A DNA stretch of 63,663 nucleotides, counting the filler, from Stramenopiles sp. TOSAG23-3 (Eukaryota): the NCBI GenBank assembly GCA_900128585.1. It is 18 parts of 18 records of this genome, joined end to end, with 100 filler letters (N's around TTAATTAATTAA, not from the genome) between each part and the next. Parts side by side here need not be neighbours in the genome. Positions count along the whole stretch, not along the records: positions 31,943 to 35,382 come from LT644223.1; positions 35,483 to 38,922 come from LT644224.1; positions 39,023 to 42,462 come from LT644225.1; positions 42,563 to 46,001 come from LT644226.1; 14 more parts are not named here. One strand, written 5' to 3'. Below the pieces are notes generated by a model that did not search any database, was not told the origin of the DNA, and saw only the letters and a program-made list of their open reading frames with translations. The translations under genes were made by a program, and so were the position numbers. Of this stretch, positions 32,947 to 44,161 are shown one piece after another (position 1 is the stretch's first letter; each line of letters opens with the position of its first letter).

Positions 32947-33573
32947 GGAAGAAAAGAAGGAACATTTTGTTCACTTTTAACATAGAATTAACATCGAAGT
33001 AGGAAGGAAGAAAGTCTTTGACAACTTATGATAGATAGATTTAATTTTATACTTTTACTCATTTACTACCTATTTAAATACTACGTATACAATGCTATTT
33101 TAATTTTAATATTGTTACTTCCCTTTTTTTTACTTTTTAGTATACTAAGTATTACCAGAAGTACGAATTGGAGGTATAGTACTATTACCCTGTACTTTAT
33201 GCCTATTGAATTGAATGATGATTTGATCTTCTTCTTTTCTTCTTGTTGTTGCATCTTCTTAATTTTTTTTGTTATATTTCTTCTATCATCTACTTCTATC
33301 TTCTTCTTCTTTATTATTATTATTATTTTTTATATTTTTTATTTATAAAATATTGAAAAAACGACTTGACCGGTACCGGTACCACCTACCGGTAAACAAA
33401 ACAGAACATTTGCATTCTTCTTATCACTCCCATTTTCCCTCCACTACCTGCCTCCCTACTCAATATTTCAACGTAGAAAGCGACACACCGTTGAGAGAAG
33501 ATTAGTTTTTTGAGACGAACCGAGACAGAGACATACATACATACACACATACGTTCATTCACACAGGATAGCG

Positions 33574-34512
33574 ATGGCGAATTTTGCAAACATGGAAGCG
33601 TACGCGACCCTCGGGCGGAAACAAGCCCAGGACCCGTCGGTGGACACCGTAGAAGTCCCACGCAGTGGGTTTAATTTTGACCTGGTCCGGCGAAACCAAG
33701 TGCTTCAGTCCACTGGCCTGAGCATGCCGAAACCGATGAGCACGGGGACGACCATCTGTGGGGTAGTCTTCGAGAACGGGATTGTCCTTGGCGCGGACAC
33801 TCGCGCCACCGCCGGGAACGTGGCCGACAAGAACTGCGAGAAGATCCACTACATTGCCCCGAACATTTACTGCTGCGGGGCCGGGACCGCCGCGGACACC
33901 GAGATGACCACCGCGCTCATCGCGTCCCAGCTCGAGCTGCTTCGCATGCGCACCGGGTCGGACTCCCGCGTCGTCACTTGCATGACCATGCTGAAGCGCA
34001 TGTTGTACAAATACCAGGGCCAGGTGAGCGCGGCGCTGGTCTTGGGCGGGGTAGACGTGTCGGGCCCCCACTTGTACACCATCTACCCGCACGGGAGCAC
34101 CGATAAGCTCCCGTTCGTAACGATGGGATCAGGCTCCCTGGCTGCCATGTCGGTGTTTGAGGCCGGGTATAAAGACAACATGAACGAAGAAGAAGCGAAA
34201 CTTTTGGTGCAAAATGCGATTCGCGCGGGTATTTTCAACGATTTAGGGTCTGGGAGCAACGTCGACTTGTGCGTCATTCGCAAGCCAGCTAGGAAGGGCG
34301 AGACCCCCCCGGCGATCATGCTCCGAGGGTACGAAAAGCCGAACGAGCAAGGGGACTTGCGCGAACGGATCAAACGGCCAGAAGCGTCGCACTTGCCGGT
34401 CGGGACCACTGTGGGCATCCAAACGACCGTTGTTTCCCCGATAAAGGAGAGGGTGGAAGTGATCCCTGGCGCCAAGGATTTCGTGGTCGTGGAGAACAAG
34501 GCCGATGATTAA
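33574..34512 (+). CDS. PSMB7: 20S proteasome subunit beta type-2 (PUP1/PSMB7)
   Basis: Propeptide followed by [54 protein letters not shown]. Confidence 0.96.
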   Translation: MANFANMEAYATLGRKQAQDPSVDTVEVPRSGFNFDLVRRNQVLQSTGLSMPKPMSTGTTICGVVFENGIVLGADTRATAGNVADKNCEKIHYIAPNIYCCGAGTAADTEMTTALIASQLELLRMRTGSDSRVVTCMTMLKRMLYKYQGQVSAALVLGGVDVSGPHLYTIYPHGSTDKLPFVTMGSGSLAAMSVFEAGYKDNMNEEEAKLLVQNAIRAGIFNDLGSGSNVDLCVIRKPARKGETPPAIMLRGYEKPNEQGDLRERIKRPEASHLPVGTTVGIQTTVVSPIKERVEVIPGAKDFVVVENKADD

Positions 34513-34742
34513 AAAGATTTTTGAGTTTTAGGATTTTGAGGATGGTGTTAAATGTTGGGGGCGCGAAAGTCAGTTCTAATTTTCTCCGGCCCGACGAAAT
34601 ATTTTTATCCCCCTATTAACCCTGCGATAAATTACATTTTTTTTAAATCAAATTTTACAAGAGCGCTTTTAAAAAACAAAAACGTTTTAAATTCTTAAGA
34701 ATCTTCTATTCATATCATACCGCAAATAATTTGAAAATACCC

Positions 34743-35382
34743 TCATTGAACGTCCGCGGCAACGAGCTTTGGGTCCGCCACCCCGGCATTCCCATTCTCC
34801 TTTTCCGCCAATAACGCCTCTGCGTTGCCTTTAAAGTGCTCCCTAAAATGACGGTAAAAACGGTCTCCGTACACCTCTGGGTTCACGGTAGAGAGCGGCT
34901 TCGGGGCGCACATTTTCAGGTAGTGCGCTATGGCCTTCTTTATGTTCCACCCCTGCAAAAAATCTATGATTCCTATGTAGTACGCCTCCGCGTCGTGGTC
35001 TTTTGTCTTTCCGGTGAACGGTTGGTCGGGGCGTACCCCAGCACAGAACGTGCCAGGGTCGCGCTTCATCCCGACCAGCAACGAGTAGTCCATCCAATTG
35101 CACTGCTTCAAGAACTCCGTGTCGTTCTTGATCCGCTGGACGATTATATCCCGGTTCTCGCTGGTGACGTTGAAAACGATGCGCTTCGCGCGCCTCTTCC
35201 CGGCCATGTAATCTCGGCGCTCCTTCGTGACACCGATCCCGCAGTTCATAGGGCTCCAGCAACGCTTGTGGATTTCGACCACCTTGACCCCGTTCATTCG
35301 CTGGGTCTTGTCGTCCGCCGTGCCCCCCTTCAAGTCGTACATGTCCAGAAACCCACCACCCGGCATGCAATTGTTCATCACG
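34743..35382 (-). CDS. Phosphatidylinositol phosphate kinase (PIP5K family), C-terminal part
   Basis: YDLKG, DTEFL...MDYSLLVG, YYIGIIDFLQ, STVNPEVYGDRF. Confidence 0.9.
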
Positions 35383-36123
35383 NNNNNNNNNNNNNNNNNN
35401 NNNNNNNNNNNNNNNNNNNNNNNNNNTTAATTAATTAANNNNNNNNNNNNNNNNNNNNNNNNNNNNNNNNNNNNNNNNNNNNGTTATAATAATTAAATAA
35501 TATAGGACTAAATAATACGCTCTGCCAATTTCATTGTTCTTCCTTCTAGTTTATTAGAAAGCCGTTCAACTTATTTCAATGCTAGACCTACCTACCTACT
35601 ACAACACATTATTTGTGGAACGCGTTTATTAAAACAGCACGTTGCAGATAATTTAATCACACTGCTGTGGCCAAGTAGCAGTACAGTTAATTACGTATTT
35701 GATAAGGGGACGTTAGCACTGTTGTGTGGGCAAACTATTGAGCTTTTCTACCGCTACCGTACCTGTACCTATTCGAACTACTACTACTTCGTTCCTCTTC
35801 TTTTATAATTTCTTCTACTTCGAGATTCTTCTGTTCTTCTTTTCTTCTACCACCAGGTATATAACTAATAATAATACTACTATTTTATTATTATTATTAT
35901 TGTTTATATCATCTTCTCTTTTCTTCCTTCTACCACCATCATCTCTTAGTCCGCATGCGCAAGTCAGAATGCACTCAGAAATAAAGTTCCCGGTGCATTC
36001 ATTAGGTACCAGTTTGATTCTACCATTGCATAAACAAAAGAATAGAAAATAGCAGTGCATCATCCGTGAAATCTATTTCGTGTCAACCGAATATTATCTT
36101 CTGCAACAACTCGCGACGCACCG

Positions 36124-36567
36124 ATGGATTTAGGCAGCCACTTTAACCCCGTGCAGGCAAACAAAATTTGGGCGGAGACGTTGAAAAAGGAAAATGCATG
36201 TTTAAAATTTAGCGAGAACTTTCGTGTCAACCCGAAAGCCATTGCACTCTCAACAATAACACCAAAACCATGCACAGTAGACCCCTTCGCTCTTGCCGAA
36301 AAACTGGCCACGACGGACCCCAGTCAAGATAGTGCAGCCGACCCCGAAGTAGAAGCAATTATGAAAGCTTCTTCCCGCCCTCCGCAAGAAAAGTATAAAT
36401 TCCCTATGACTGGAGCACAAGAAGTAGGTTGGGCGTGGAAAGCTGGCGTGGAAGAGTTCGAAAAGGACCGGAAGTGGAGAGCAACGCACGCACAAAGTGA
36501 AATCGTCAGCTACGTTGATAATTATGTGTTAAGTTTTGGAAAGTCGCCGTACGCAAAGTTAGGGTAG
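36124..36567 (+). CDS. CFAP144: FAM183/CFAP144-like ciliary protein
   Basis: IWAETLKKE...FRVNP...PQEKYKFPMTGAQEVGW...SEIVSYVDNY...GKSPY. Confidence 0.75.
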   Translation: MDLGSHFNPVQANKIWAETLKKENACLKFSENFRVNPKAIALSTITPKPCTVDPFALAEKLATTDPSQDSAADPEVEAIMKASSRPPQEKYKFPMTGAQEVGWAWKAGVEEFEKDRKWRATHAQSEIVSYVDNYVLSFGKSPYAKLG

Positions 36568-37118
36568 GTGGATTTTACATCAAAATTAGTGACACAGAGA
36601 GATGAGATGAAAAAGACCAGATTTAATTTTTGGTTTTCTTTGCCGAATTCTGTGTTTTAAACTTTAAAATGGCGTGCACTTTGAGTCGGATGAAATGTAG
36701 CTAAAAATTCTTACAAAGTAGTGGATCGATAATTTGCTTTTTATACAAAAACATATTATATTGTATGCTTAAGAGGCTCACTTAATTTCAGTAATTGATT
36801 CTTCTCCAAGTATGTTTAATAATGTTTTTTTTTAAAGAGGTGATCTGTATTCAACAAATCGATTGGAGTCAAAGTCCCTGAAAGTTTCGCCCCTCTTTGG
36901 AGACTCTCACTTCTTCATCGAACCCATCAGGGTCACTTGGAGAATCAATCTCCCCGTAATTACTAAAGTTCAAAATTAGTATGGAAGTACATGTTGACAG
37001 TCGTGGAACATTTTATTTATACGAGGTGTTTTTATTTGAGGTGTATTGATTAATGAGATAAACTTATTTTTATAATTTTTCAATTTTAACTGAAATACAC
37101 TGCACAACTCAACACAGC

Positions 37119-38213
37119 TTATTTCTTCTTTTTCCCTTTCTTTTTCCCCTTCTTGGTTGCTGCGACACGTGCCTGCACACCGCGCACAAGCGCTTGTATT
37201 TTCGCTGCACCATTGTCCACACGCCGCATTGCAACACGTAACCTTTCGCGCTCAGCCTCCGCTTCAGCCTCTTCCTCATCCGCATTAGCTTGGTCCTTGT
37301 CAATTTTGGCAAAAAAGTCCCCTAATCGACGCAACTCGTCCTTTTCAATGTCGTACTGTTTATTTAACGTATCAATGGCCTCTTGCTTTTCATTCATGTC
37401 CGCATCGTACTTAGACACCCAGTTGACTACTTCTGTTTCTAGCTTCATTTTTGTTTTACGCGCCTGCTCCTCTGCACTCGCATTCTCTTTTGTTTTGTTG
37501 TCGACTTGCTCGGTCAACTTCTTCAACCTCTCTTCGAACTGGTCCATGTTCGCCTCATGCACCTTTTTGTTAGTGGCCCTCGCCTCTTCCGTTTCATTAA
37601 TCAGCCGTTTTCGCCCATTCTCTGTCTTCTCCTTAAGGCTTCCAAGCTCCGCATTCAGCTTTGTAATTATATCGTTGAATTTAGACAAATTCTTCTCCTT
37701 CTTATTGCGTTCAATTCGAAGTTGAATCTCAAACTCTTCAACGTCTTTCTGGGCATCCTTTGCTTTCATCGTCAGTGCCGCTATGTTTTCGTTTTTTGTT
37801 TCCTCCTGTTCGACCGTCGTACACAATTTTACCCTGACAATTTTTTTTAAATCCTTTAAAGTTGAGGCAATGCTATCAATCCCGGACGAACTTTCTGCGC
37901 CGTCCAGGTGGTCGCTTACTGTGTTGGACAGCTGCTGGCGTGTTTTCACAGCGCGGCAGATCTCTTTCGTCGACCCACGGACTGCAACACCGGCTCCGTC
38001 TAGTTCTTTCGGTCGACGGTCCATTCTGATACTCTCGTCCCATAGTTGCTGATAACGAACCTCGTTTTTATGCAAATTGTTAAACGACCCATCTACATGG
38101 GCTAGCTTACTCACGGCATCGCTATTTAATCTTGAGAGAAGTCGGAGACTCTCGAGCGCCTCATCGACCACCGATGAAAGACGGTACGCTTCTACATTTG
38201 CTAAACGGTTCAT
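37119..38213 (-). CDS. DRC10: Dynein regulatory complex subunit 10 (IQCD)
   Basis: LANVEAYRLSSVVDEAL, coiled coil, WVSKYDADM, IQ motif AAKIQALVRG, KKGKKKGKKKK tail. Confidence 0.85.
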   Translation of the reverse strand: MNRLANVEAYRLSSVVDEALESLRLLSRLNSDAVSKLAHVDGSFNNLHKNEVRYQQLWDESIRMDRRPKELDGAGVAVRGSTKEICRAVKTRQQLSNTVSDHLDGAESSSGIDSIASTLKDLKKIVRVKLCTTVEQEETKNENIAALTMKAKDAQKDVEEFEIQLRIERNKKEKNLSKFNDIITKLNAELGSLKEKTENGRKRLINETEEARATNKKVHEANMDQFEERLKKLTEQVDNKTKENASAEEQARKTKMKLETEVVNWVSKYDADMNEKQEAIDTLNKQYDIEKDELRRLGDFFAKIDKDQANADEEEAEAEAERERLRVAMRRVDNGAAKIQALVRGVQARVAATKKGKKKGKKKK

Positions 38214-39347
38214 GCTGTCTCAGGCGGTAGTAACGTTGCACCGTTCCGATATAGTGTCCGTGCAAGTTTTTGAACTATTGGATGAACGATACGAATAAAA
38301 GCGATAAATAAACTAACCAGCACACCGAGTTGATTTCAAATGCTTAGTGAACGATCAAAGATGCAAGTCAAACGACGATTATTAGTTGCATACAAAAGAC
38401 TAACCGATGGAAGGAACCAAGAATATATTATTATTATATTTTCATTATATTTATTCTTCGCTTCTTCTTCTCTTGCTTCTTCTTCTCTTCTTCTTCTTCT
38501 CTCTTTCTGTGCTGCTTCGTCGATTTTCGTGCTTCGCCACCGGGGGCGGGTAACGACATTGGATAACTAAATCGACGGTTTAACAACAGGAAGAGACCAT
38601 CATCATCAATAGACAACCAAAGTAGAAGAATGACAAGCACATACGAAGTACTAAAGAAGAAAAGGATGTGTTGAATAGGATACATTAATGTATTCTATTT
38701 GAATATATAAGTATATTATGACAACAAGATTTTAATTACTACTCTTGCAAGCACCGAATTAATAGAAAGCGTTTCAAGGCAAAAAATACAATTTTCTTTA
38801 CACTATTCCTCTACTGTTGTTTTAATTGATCGGATGTTATGATCCTATTTCTATGTTAAACTTATTATTTTTAATAACGTACATTTTCCATTCTTCTTCT
38901 ACTTGGTTTTAATACTTGGTACNNNNNNNNNNNNNNNNNNNNNNNNNNNNNNNNNNNNNNNNNNNNTTAATTAATTAANNNNNNNNNNNNNNNNNNNNNN
39001 NNNNNNNNNNNNNNNNNNNNNNAGGGGTAAGAGGTAAGACGGACAAAAAATCGGAAGAAGAAGAATGAAAAAAAAGGAGAAGACGAAAGAAGAAAAAAAT
39101 AATAATATCGACGACGATGATAGAGGTGAGGAGAGATTATGTGAAGAATGGAATTAACGGAATGAAGCAATTGACAAGTTGACACAGTTCAGAGTTGAGA
39201 ATAGTAAAGATAGTAGTGATCAATAAATGTGGAGATTAGAAGCAGATAATTGAAAATTTTGTGTTTGAAAGGTAAGTAATTCTGCTGGGTTCACGAACGG
39301 CGTGGCCCGTTTGTCCTCGTTCGCTTGGGTTAGGTTAACCACGAAGA

Positions 39348-41216
39348 ATGGTTGGGAACGGGGCTGTGAAATTGTTTGTCTTAGTGTGCTGCCTGGTGCA
39401 CTCCGCCGCGTCTACCGGCGCGATTTTTGTTGAGTTGGATATTGAAGGTCCAAAGCAAGAAACGGCAGGTTTGGTGGTCATGGAAGTTCGCCCCGAGTGG
39501 GCACCCAAAGGGGCAAAACGGTTTATTGAGCTTGTTGAAAGTGGCCACTTCGATGGTTGCAAATTTTTCCGCGTCATTGCAAACTTCGTGGCTCAGACGG
39601 GTCTCCCTGCAGTTCCGTCCGACCGTTGGAGTTCTAAAACAATTAAGGATGATCCTGTTGTCGTGTCGAATAAAAGGGGTTATGTCTCCTTTGCCAGCGG
39701 TGGCAAAGACACCCGAGACCAACAAATATTTTTCAACATAAAGGACAACGTTTACCTTGACTCGTCAGCTTTTGCGCCGTTTGCCAAAGTCAGTTTAGGA
39801 ATGGACGTGGTCGACTCGATTCACGTAACTGGTGGTGGTCCGAGTGGCCCGAAGCAATCTAAAATAGAGAAAGAAGGCAATACATATCTGGACGCGAATT
39901 TTCCTAGCCTCAGCTTCATCAGGACAGCACGCGTAAAGAACGGCACCATGCTGCCGTCGGCCGACATGGACAGCGGGACTGCCAACAAAATTGTCCTGTT
40001 CGCCTCTGTCATGTTGTGCTTCTCCGCCCTGTTTTGTTTTGCGAGGCACTGTGTTGTTTCTGGTTCGTGGGGCTCGGGAAATGATAGCATTTCAAACACA
40101 CTTGATATTTCTGCGTTTGCAGTGTCATGGTATGCCATTTCTGTTACGTTTGGACTTTTCAACAAGTTCGTGTTTAACCAAGAAAAATACGCGTTTCCCC
40201 TTCTGATAAGTTCGTCTCACATGCTCTTTAAAGGAACCTTTGTCAGCGTGTTTATGTTGTGCTCGCGATTTTTCGGCTCCCTGACATCAAGTCCAAAGCT
40301 GCAAATCCCGACGTGCAAAGAATTTTTTTTATACTTCGTCCCGATCGGTTGTTTGACCGGAGGAGACATTGGGCTGACCAACATCGCCATTCAGATTGGG
40401 CAAATAAGCCTAGTTACTGTTATAAAAAATGGGGGCATAGTTTTGACCTTGGTGATCGGGATCTTCCTTGGTCTCCAGCCTTGTTCCCGCCGTCTGTTGT
40501 CGTATACACTCATGATCTGTATTGGGGCCGCCCTTGCTTTATGGAACGAGCCTGATTTTAACCCGCTATGCGCTTTTGCTGCATTTGGGGCATGTGTCTG
40601 TGGGAGCATACGTTGGAGCCTTACGCAAAAAGTATTGCAGCAAACTCCATTCAGTACGCTGAATGTTATCCTTTTCATTTCCCCCTCCGCGACGCTCTCT
40701 GCACTTGCTGCCGGGTACTATATGGAGGGCGATCGATTCTCTCGAGCGCTGAATAAGTACGGTAACGAAGGGCCTTATTTACAGTCTTTTGTGCTGCTAG
40801 GATTTGCCGGCGGTGCTTTTGCACTCGGGATGCTGATTATCGAGTTCCGTCTGATCCAAAAAACCTCTGCACTTACGGTGGACGTCCTGGCTAAGCTGAA
40901 AGACGTGATATTGATTTCAATGGCAATTGCTCTTTACCATGAACAGCTAAGCAGTACAAACATGGTCGGTGTGGCAATAATGTTTATAGGAATGCTCCTG
41001 TTTTCGAAATTGAAAGCAAAAGCACACCGTAAAGAAAGAAATTATACACGTGTGCCCGGAGAAGAGCATGGGATTCTTCAAGCAGGCTCGAACTCCGTAA
41101 ATAGCGAAAATTTTGATTCAACGGAGGACACGAATAGATCGACTGATGGTGCTGATGTTAACGACAGCAAGGATTACAAGAAAGAAATTAGCAGGATTGA
41201 ATTGGTTCCGATTTGA
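39348..41216 (+). CDS. Signal peptide + cyclophilin PPIase fused to a TPT/SLC35C2-like nucleotide-sugar transporter
   Basis: WAPKGAKRF...FFRVIANFVAQTG...SNKRGYVSFA...QIFFN, then WYAISV...FNK...FPL...DIGLTN...RWSLTQ...TSALT. Confidence 0.85.
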   Translation: MVGNGAVKLFVLVCCLVHSAASTGAIFVELDIEGPKQETAGLVVMEVRPEWAPKGAKRFIELVESGHFDGCKFFRVIANFVAQTGLPAVPSDRWSSKTIKDDPVVVSNKRGYVSFASGGKDTRDQQIFFNIKDNVYLDSSAFAPFAKVSLGMDVVDSIHVTGGGPSGPKQSKIEKEGNTYLDANFPSLSFIRTARVKNGTMLPSADMDSGTANKIVLFASVMLCFSALFCFARHCVVSGSWGSGNDSISNTLDISAFAVSWYAISVTFGLFNKFVFNQEKYAFPLLISSSHMLFKGTFVSVFMLCSRFFGSLTSSPKLQIPTCKEFFLYFVPIGCLTGGDIGLTNIAIQIGQISLVTVIKNGGIVLTLVIGIFLGLQPCSRRLLSYTLMICIGAALALWNEPDFNPLCAFAAFGACVCGSIRWSLTQKVLQQTPFSTLNVILFISPSATLSALAAGYYMEGDRFSRALNKYGNEGPYLQSFVLLGFAGGAFALGMLIIEFRLIQKTSALTVDVLAKLKDVILISMAIALYHEQLSSTNMVGVAIMFIGMLLFSKLKAKAHRKERNYTRVPGEEHGILQAGSNSVNSENFDSTEDTNRSTDGADVNDSKDYKKEISRIELVPI

Positions 41217-41811
41217 ACACCAAAACGTGAAGATTTGGATAGGAGCAGCATTTCTTTTAAAGGAGCGAGTCCATGTGAGTCAAAAAGTATTTGCGTAAAC
41301 ATATTTTCATAGTGCACCAAATTGTTTCCTGTGTTTATTACCTTCTTATGAAATTTCGTACCGGCGAATAATAATATTATACCAGTATTACCAAGTAATA
41401 CCATATGGAGATGATTCCAAAATGAGGAGAGAGGTGGTGGGTTAAAATATACGAATATAAAATAGAAGACTAATTCGTAGTAGATGATAGACAACACGAC
41501 TAACAATAAAAATAATATGCAATAATTATTATACTAAGTAGTAGATTGTACAAAGAATATTCATTTGAAGAAAGACTAACTACAAGACGAATCTAGAATA
41601 GAAAGTTTTATTCAGCAATACTGTATAGAATTGTATATCCAACAGTAGAAAACAATAGTACTAAATCAAAGTGTTGAGTTGAACCATTACCGTACATGGA
41701 TAACAAGACAAAAAGCAGCGCTGGTACGGTACCGTAGTTGGTGGCCAGAGGAATGTTATGCATCGGCGGTGTTTCAATTGCGACGTCATATAGTAGGACA
41801 GCGAGTTTGTC

Positions 41812-42390
41812 ATGATCCTATACAAGTTGATCCTTCCAGCATGGATTGCTGTTTCTTTTACCCTGGTGACAAGTGCAACTGTTGACGTTATGAAAGGTTT
41901 AGAATTGTTTAGGAAGAGGGAAATGAAAGACAGCATTCCGTTACTGTTGCAGCATACGTCGGAAGTAGACCCGAACGATTATGTAGCCCTGGAACATATT
42001 GCCGCGTTTTACTCCATGTCTGCGCGGAGGCTGGCAAACAAAGGCGGGGATCAGTCTGTCAATGCAGCAGAGAAGAGAGCTTTGCGCTCTGCTGTGCATT
42101 TTTTCCAGCGGGCAACGAAAAGCTTTGATGCCAAACGCTCGTCGACAGAAGTATACCCGCAGGAAAAGTACGGGCATCCTCGTGAGTTGGTTCTTCGGGC
42201 GTATGGGGACGCTTTGAACTGGCTCGGAGAGACGGAGAAAGCGAAGAGAATGCTTTACCATCGTGGCGTAGTTATTGAACAGCTTTGGGCGAAATCGTAC
42301 CTGTGCAGGTCAGCGCCGGAGTATCCCACGGTCCAAACCCACCACAAGAAATTCCAAGAGTTTATGTTCTTTCCCGCCGATGAGGTCTAA
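41812..42390 (+). CDS. Secreted TPR-like protein resembling the region preceding the Asp/Asn beta-hydroxylase catalytic domain; probably incomplete
   Basis: Signal peptide; YGDALNWLGETEKAKRMLYHRGV...CRS resembles the last TPR segment of ASPH; ends near the contig edge. Confidence 0.5.
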   Translation: MILYKLILPAWIAVSFTLVTSATVDVMKGLELFRKREMKDSIPLLLQHTSEVDPNDYVALEHIAAFYSMSARRLANKGGDQSVNAAEKRALRSAVHFFQRATKSFDAKRSSTEVYPQEKYGHPRELVLRAYGDALNWLGETEKAKRMLYHRGVVIEQLWAKSYLCRSAPEYPTVQTHHKKFQEFMFFPADEV

Positions 42391-42768
42391 AAAAAAGAAA
42401 ATTTAAAAAAAAAAGTTAGATTCCCCATGCTGTACCATGCAAATCCCCTGAAAATTTCAACCNNNNNNNNNNNNNNNNNNNNNNNNNNNNNNNNNNNNNN
42501 NNNNNNTTAATTAATTAANNNNNNNNNNNNNNNNNNNNNNNNNNNNNNNNNNNNNNNNNNNNTCACCACGTTGTGTTTTCTTTTCTTGACGGACGGTTTA
42601 AAATACATCTTTCAATTTGCGTTTCTTTCTAGATGATATAAAAAATATTATTTAACGTAGTTAAACAATTTACTACGAATTGAAAAAAACGGGAATAGGA
42701 TTGTTGCCCTTCCTTTCTCTTTCGCGTGTTGTTTTCTTCTTCGCGGTTTAAACCTATTGACGACGGTT

Positions 42769-44028
42769 ATGAATGCGCAGAGCTCTTCCCCTACGGCGAA
42801 GAAGCAAAAAGTGGTCCACAAACGGTTTTACCGTGAAGCGGAGGGTGTAGTTGGAAGAAAAATAAAGGAACTTGAGGACAGGCAGCGTTGTCGCACGTGT
42901 TGGCACCCGAAGCATTTGTACTGCATTTGTAGCCATGTTAAAAAGTTGGACTATTCAAAGAACGTAGAGTTCATAGTGTACATGCACTACTTGGAATTCG
43001 CCAACGCGGGGGACGACGCGAAGCTTTTGATGTGCTGCTCGCCGGAGCGAACAAAACTCTACCTGTACGGGGTGGAGCAAGACGACGTAAAGATGAGGAA
43101 CCACATAAATGCGTTCCGGGCAAGGGGACACGCGGAACATTTTGGGGTCGTGCTGCTGTTTCCCGGACCGAAGGCAATCACCATAGATACATTTTTGGAA
43201 GACCGCAGCCGCTCCCTGACGTTGTTGGCATCCCAAGAAGTCCCGGCGGAGAACGTAACGAGCGCACTCGGGGCAGTGAGGGATGCCTCGTCTTTGCCCC
43301 TTTTGGTAATAGTCATGGACGCCACGTGGCGACGGGCAAGAAGGATGGCGAATCATTTTCGGCGGCATATCTCCCCGTCCGTGCCGCACATACAGCTTAG
43401 GCCAACGACGGCGTCCGTGTATGCCCGAACGCAGAGTGAGAACGGGAGAATATGCACCATCGAGGCCCTGGCGCTGCTCTTGCAGGAGTACGGCGAATCT
43501 CGGGCGGTCTGCGACAAGCTCATAAGCTACGTCGTCCTGAACAACAAAGCGCTAAAGTGCGAGTTCATCAACGAATCGCAAATTCTGTGGGAGCCCAAAG
43601 GCGCACACCCAGCCTGGTATTATGGCCGGAGGCTGAACGCCGAAGGGGACGTCACAAGCAACATCCTTGACGCGGCCCGGAACGGGGAGGAGGACGCCGT
43701 CCGGGCGCTGTTGGATTCAGGCGTAGACCCAGAAACAAAGAACAAGCACGGGTGGACGGCGCTTCACAAAGCTGCTTTGAAGGGCCACCTTTCGATTGTC
43801 CAATTGTTGTGTGAGAACGGGGCGACGAATCTAAACTTGCAAACCAGTGACGGGACAACCCCTCTTATGTGTGCATGCTGGAAGAACAAAGTGGACGTGC
43901 TCCGCTACCTTTTAGCCAGGAACTGTGACTGTATGATACGAAACCACAAGGGGAAAACTGCGAGGGAGGTAGGGTTGGGGAAAAACCACAAAGCGTGCGT
44001 TGATATCATAGAGTCCCACATGCAGTAG
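42769..44028 (+). CDS. DTW-domain tRNA aminocarboxypropyltransferase (TapT/DTWD2-like) with C-terminal ankyrin repeats
   Basis: RCRTCWHP..YCIC, MHYLE, LLFP, VMDATWRRARRM, CTIEA; ankyrin motifs GWTALHKAA and GTTPLMCAC. Confidence 0.88.
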   Translation: MNAQSSSPTAKKQKVVHKRFYREAEGVVGRKIKELEDRQRCRTCWHPKHLYCICSHVKKLDYSKNVEFIVYMHYLEFANAGDDAKLLMCCSPERTKLYLYGVEQDDVKMRNHINAFRARGHAEHFGVVLLFPGPKAITIDTFLEDRSRSLTLLASQEVPAENVTSALGAVRDASSLPLLVIVMDATWRRARRMANHFRRHISPSVPHIQLRPTTASVYARTQSENGRICTIEALALLLQEYGESRAVCDKLISYVVLNNKALKCEFINESQILWEPKGAHPAWYYGRRLNAEGDVTSNILDAARNGEEDAVRALLDSGVDPETKNKHGWTALHKAALKGHLSIVQLLCENGATNLNLQTSDGTTPLMCACWKNKVDVLRYLLARNCDCMIRNHKGKTAREVGLGKNHKACVDIIESHMQ

Positions 44029-44161
44029 CCAATTATTATTTTAGTAAATTTGCTAAGTACACGCATATATTTGAAAAAATCAAACCAGCCTTTTGTACAA
44101 AGTACGGTATGATACCGGTAAAGTGATTTCGTTCAACGGGGCGGATGTTATCCGCCAATAT

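Noticed and set aside
9296-44028. Genome-wide TAG/TAA stop-codon reassignment
   Set aside because: Long conserved genes contain no internal stops, and several end in TAG or TAA at expected positions; only isolated in-frame stops occur
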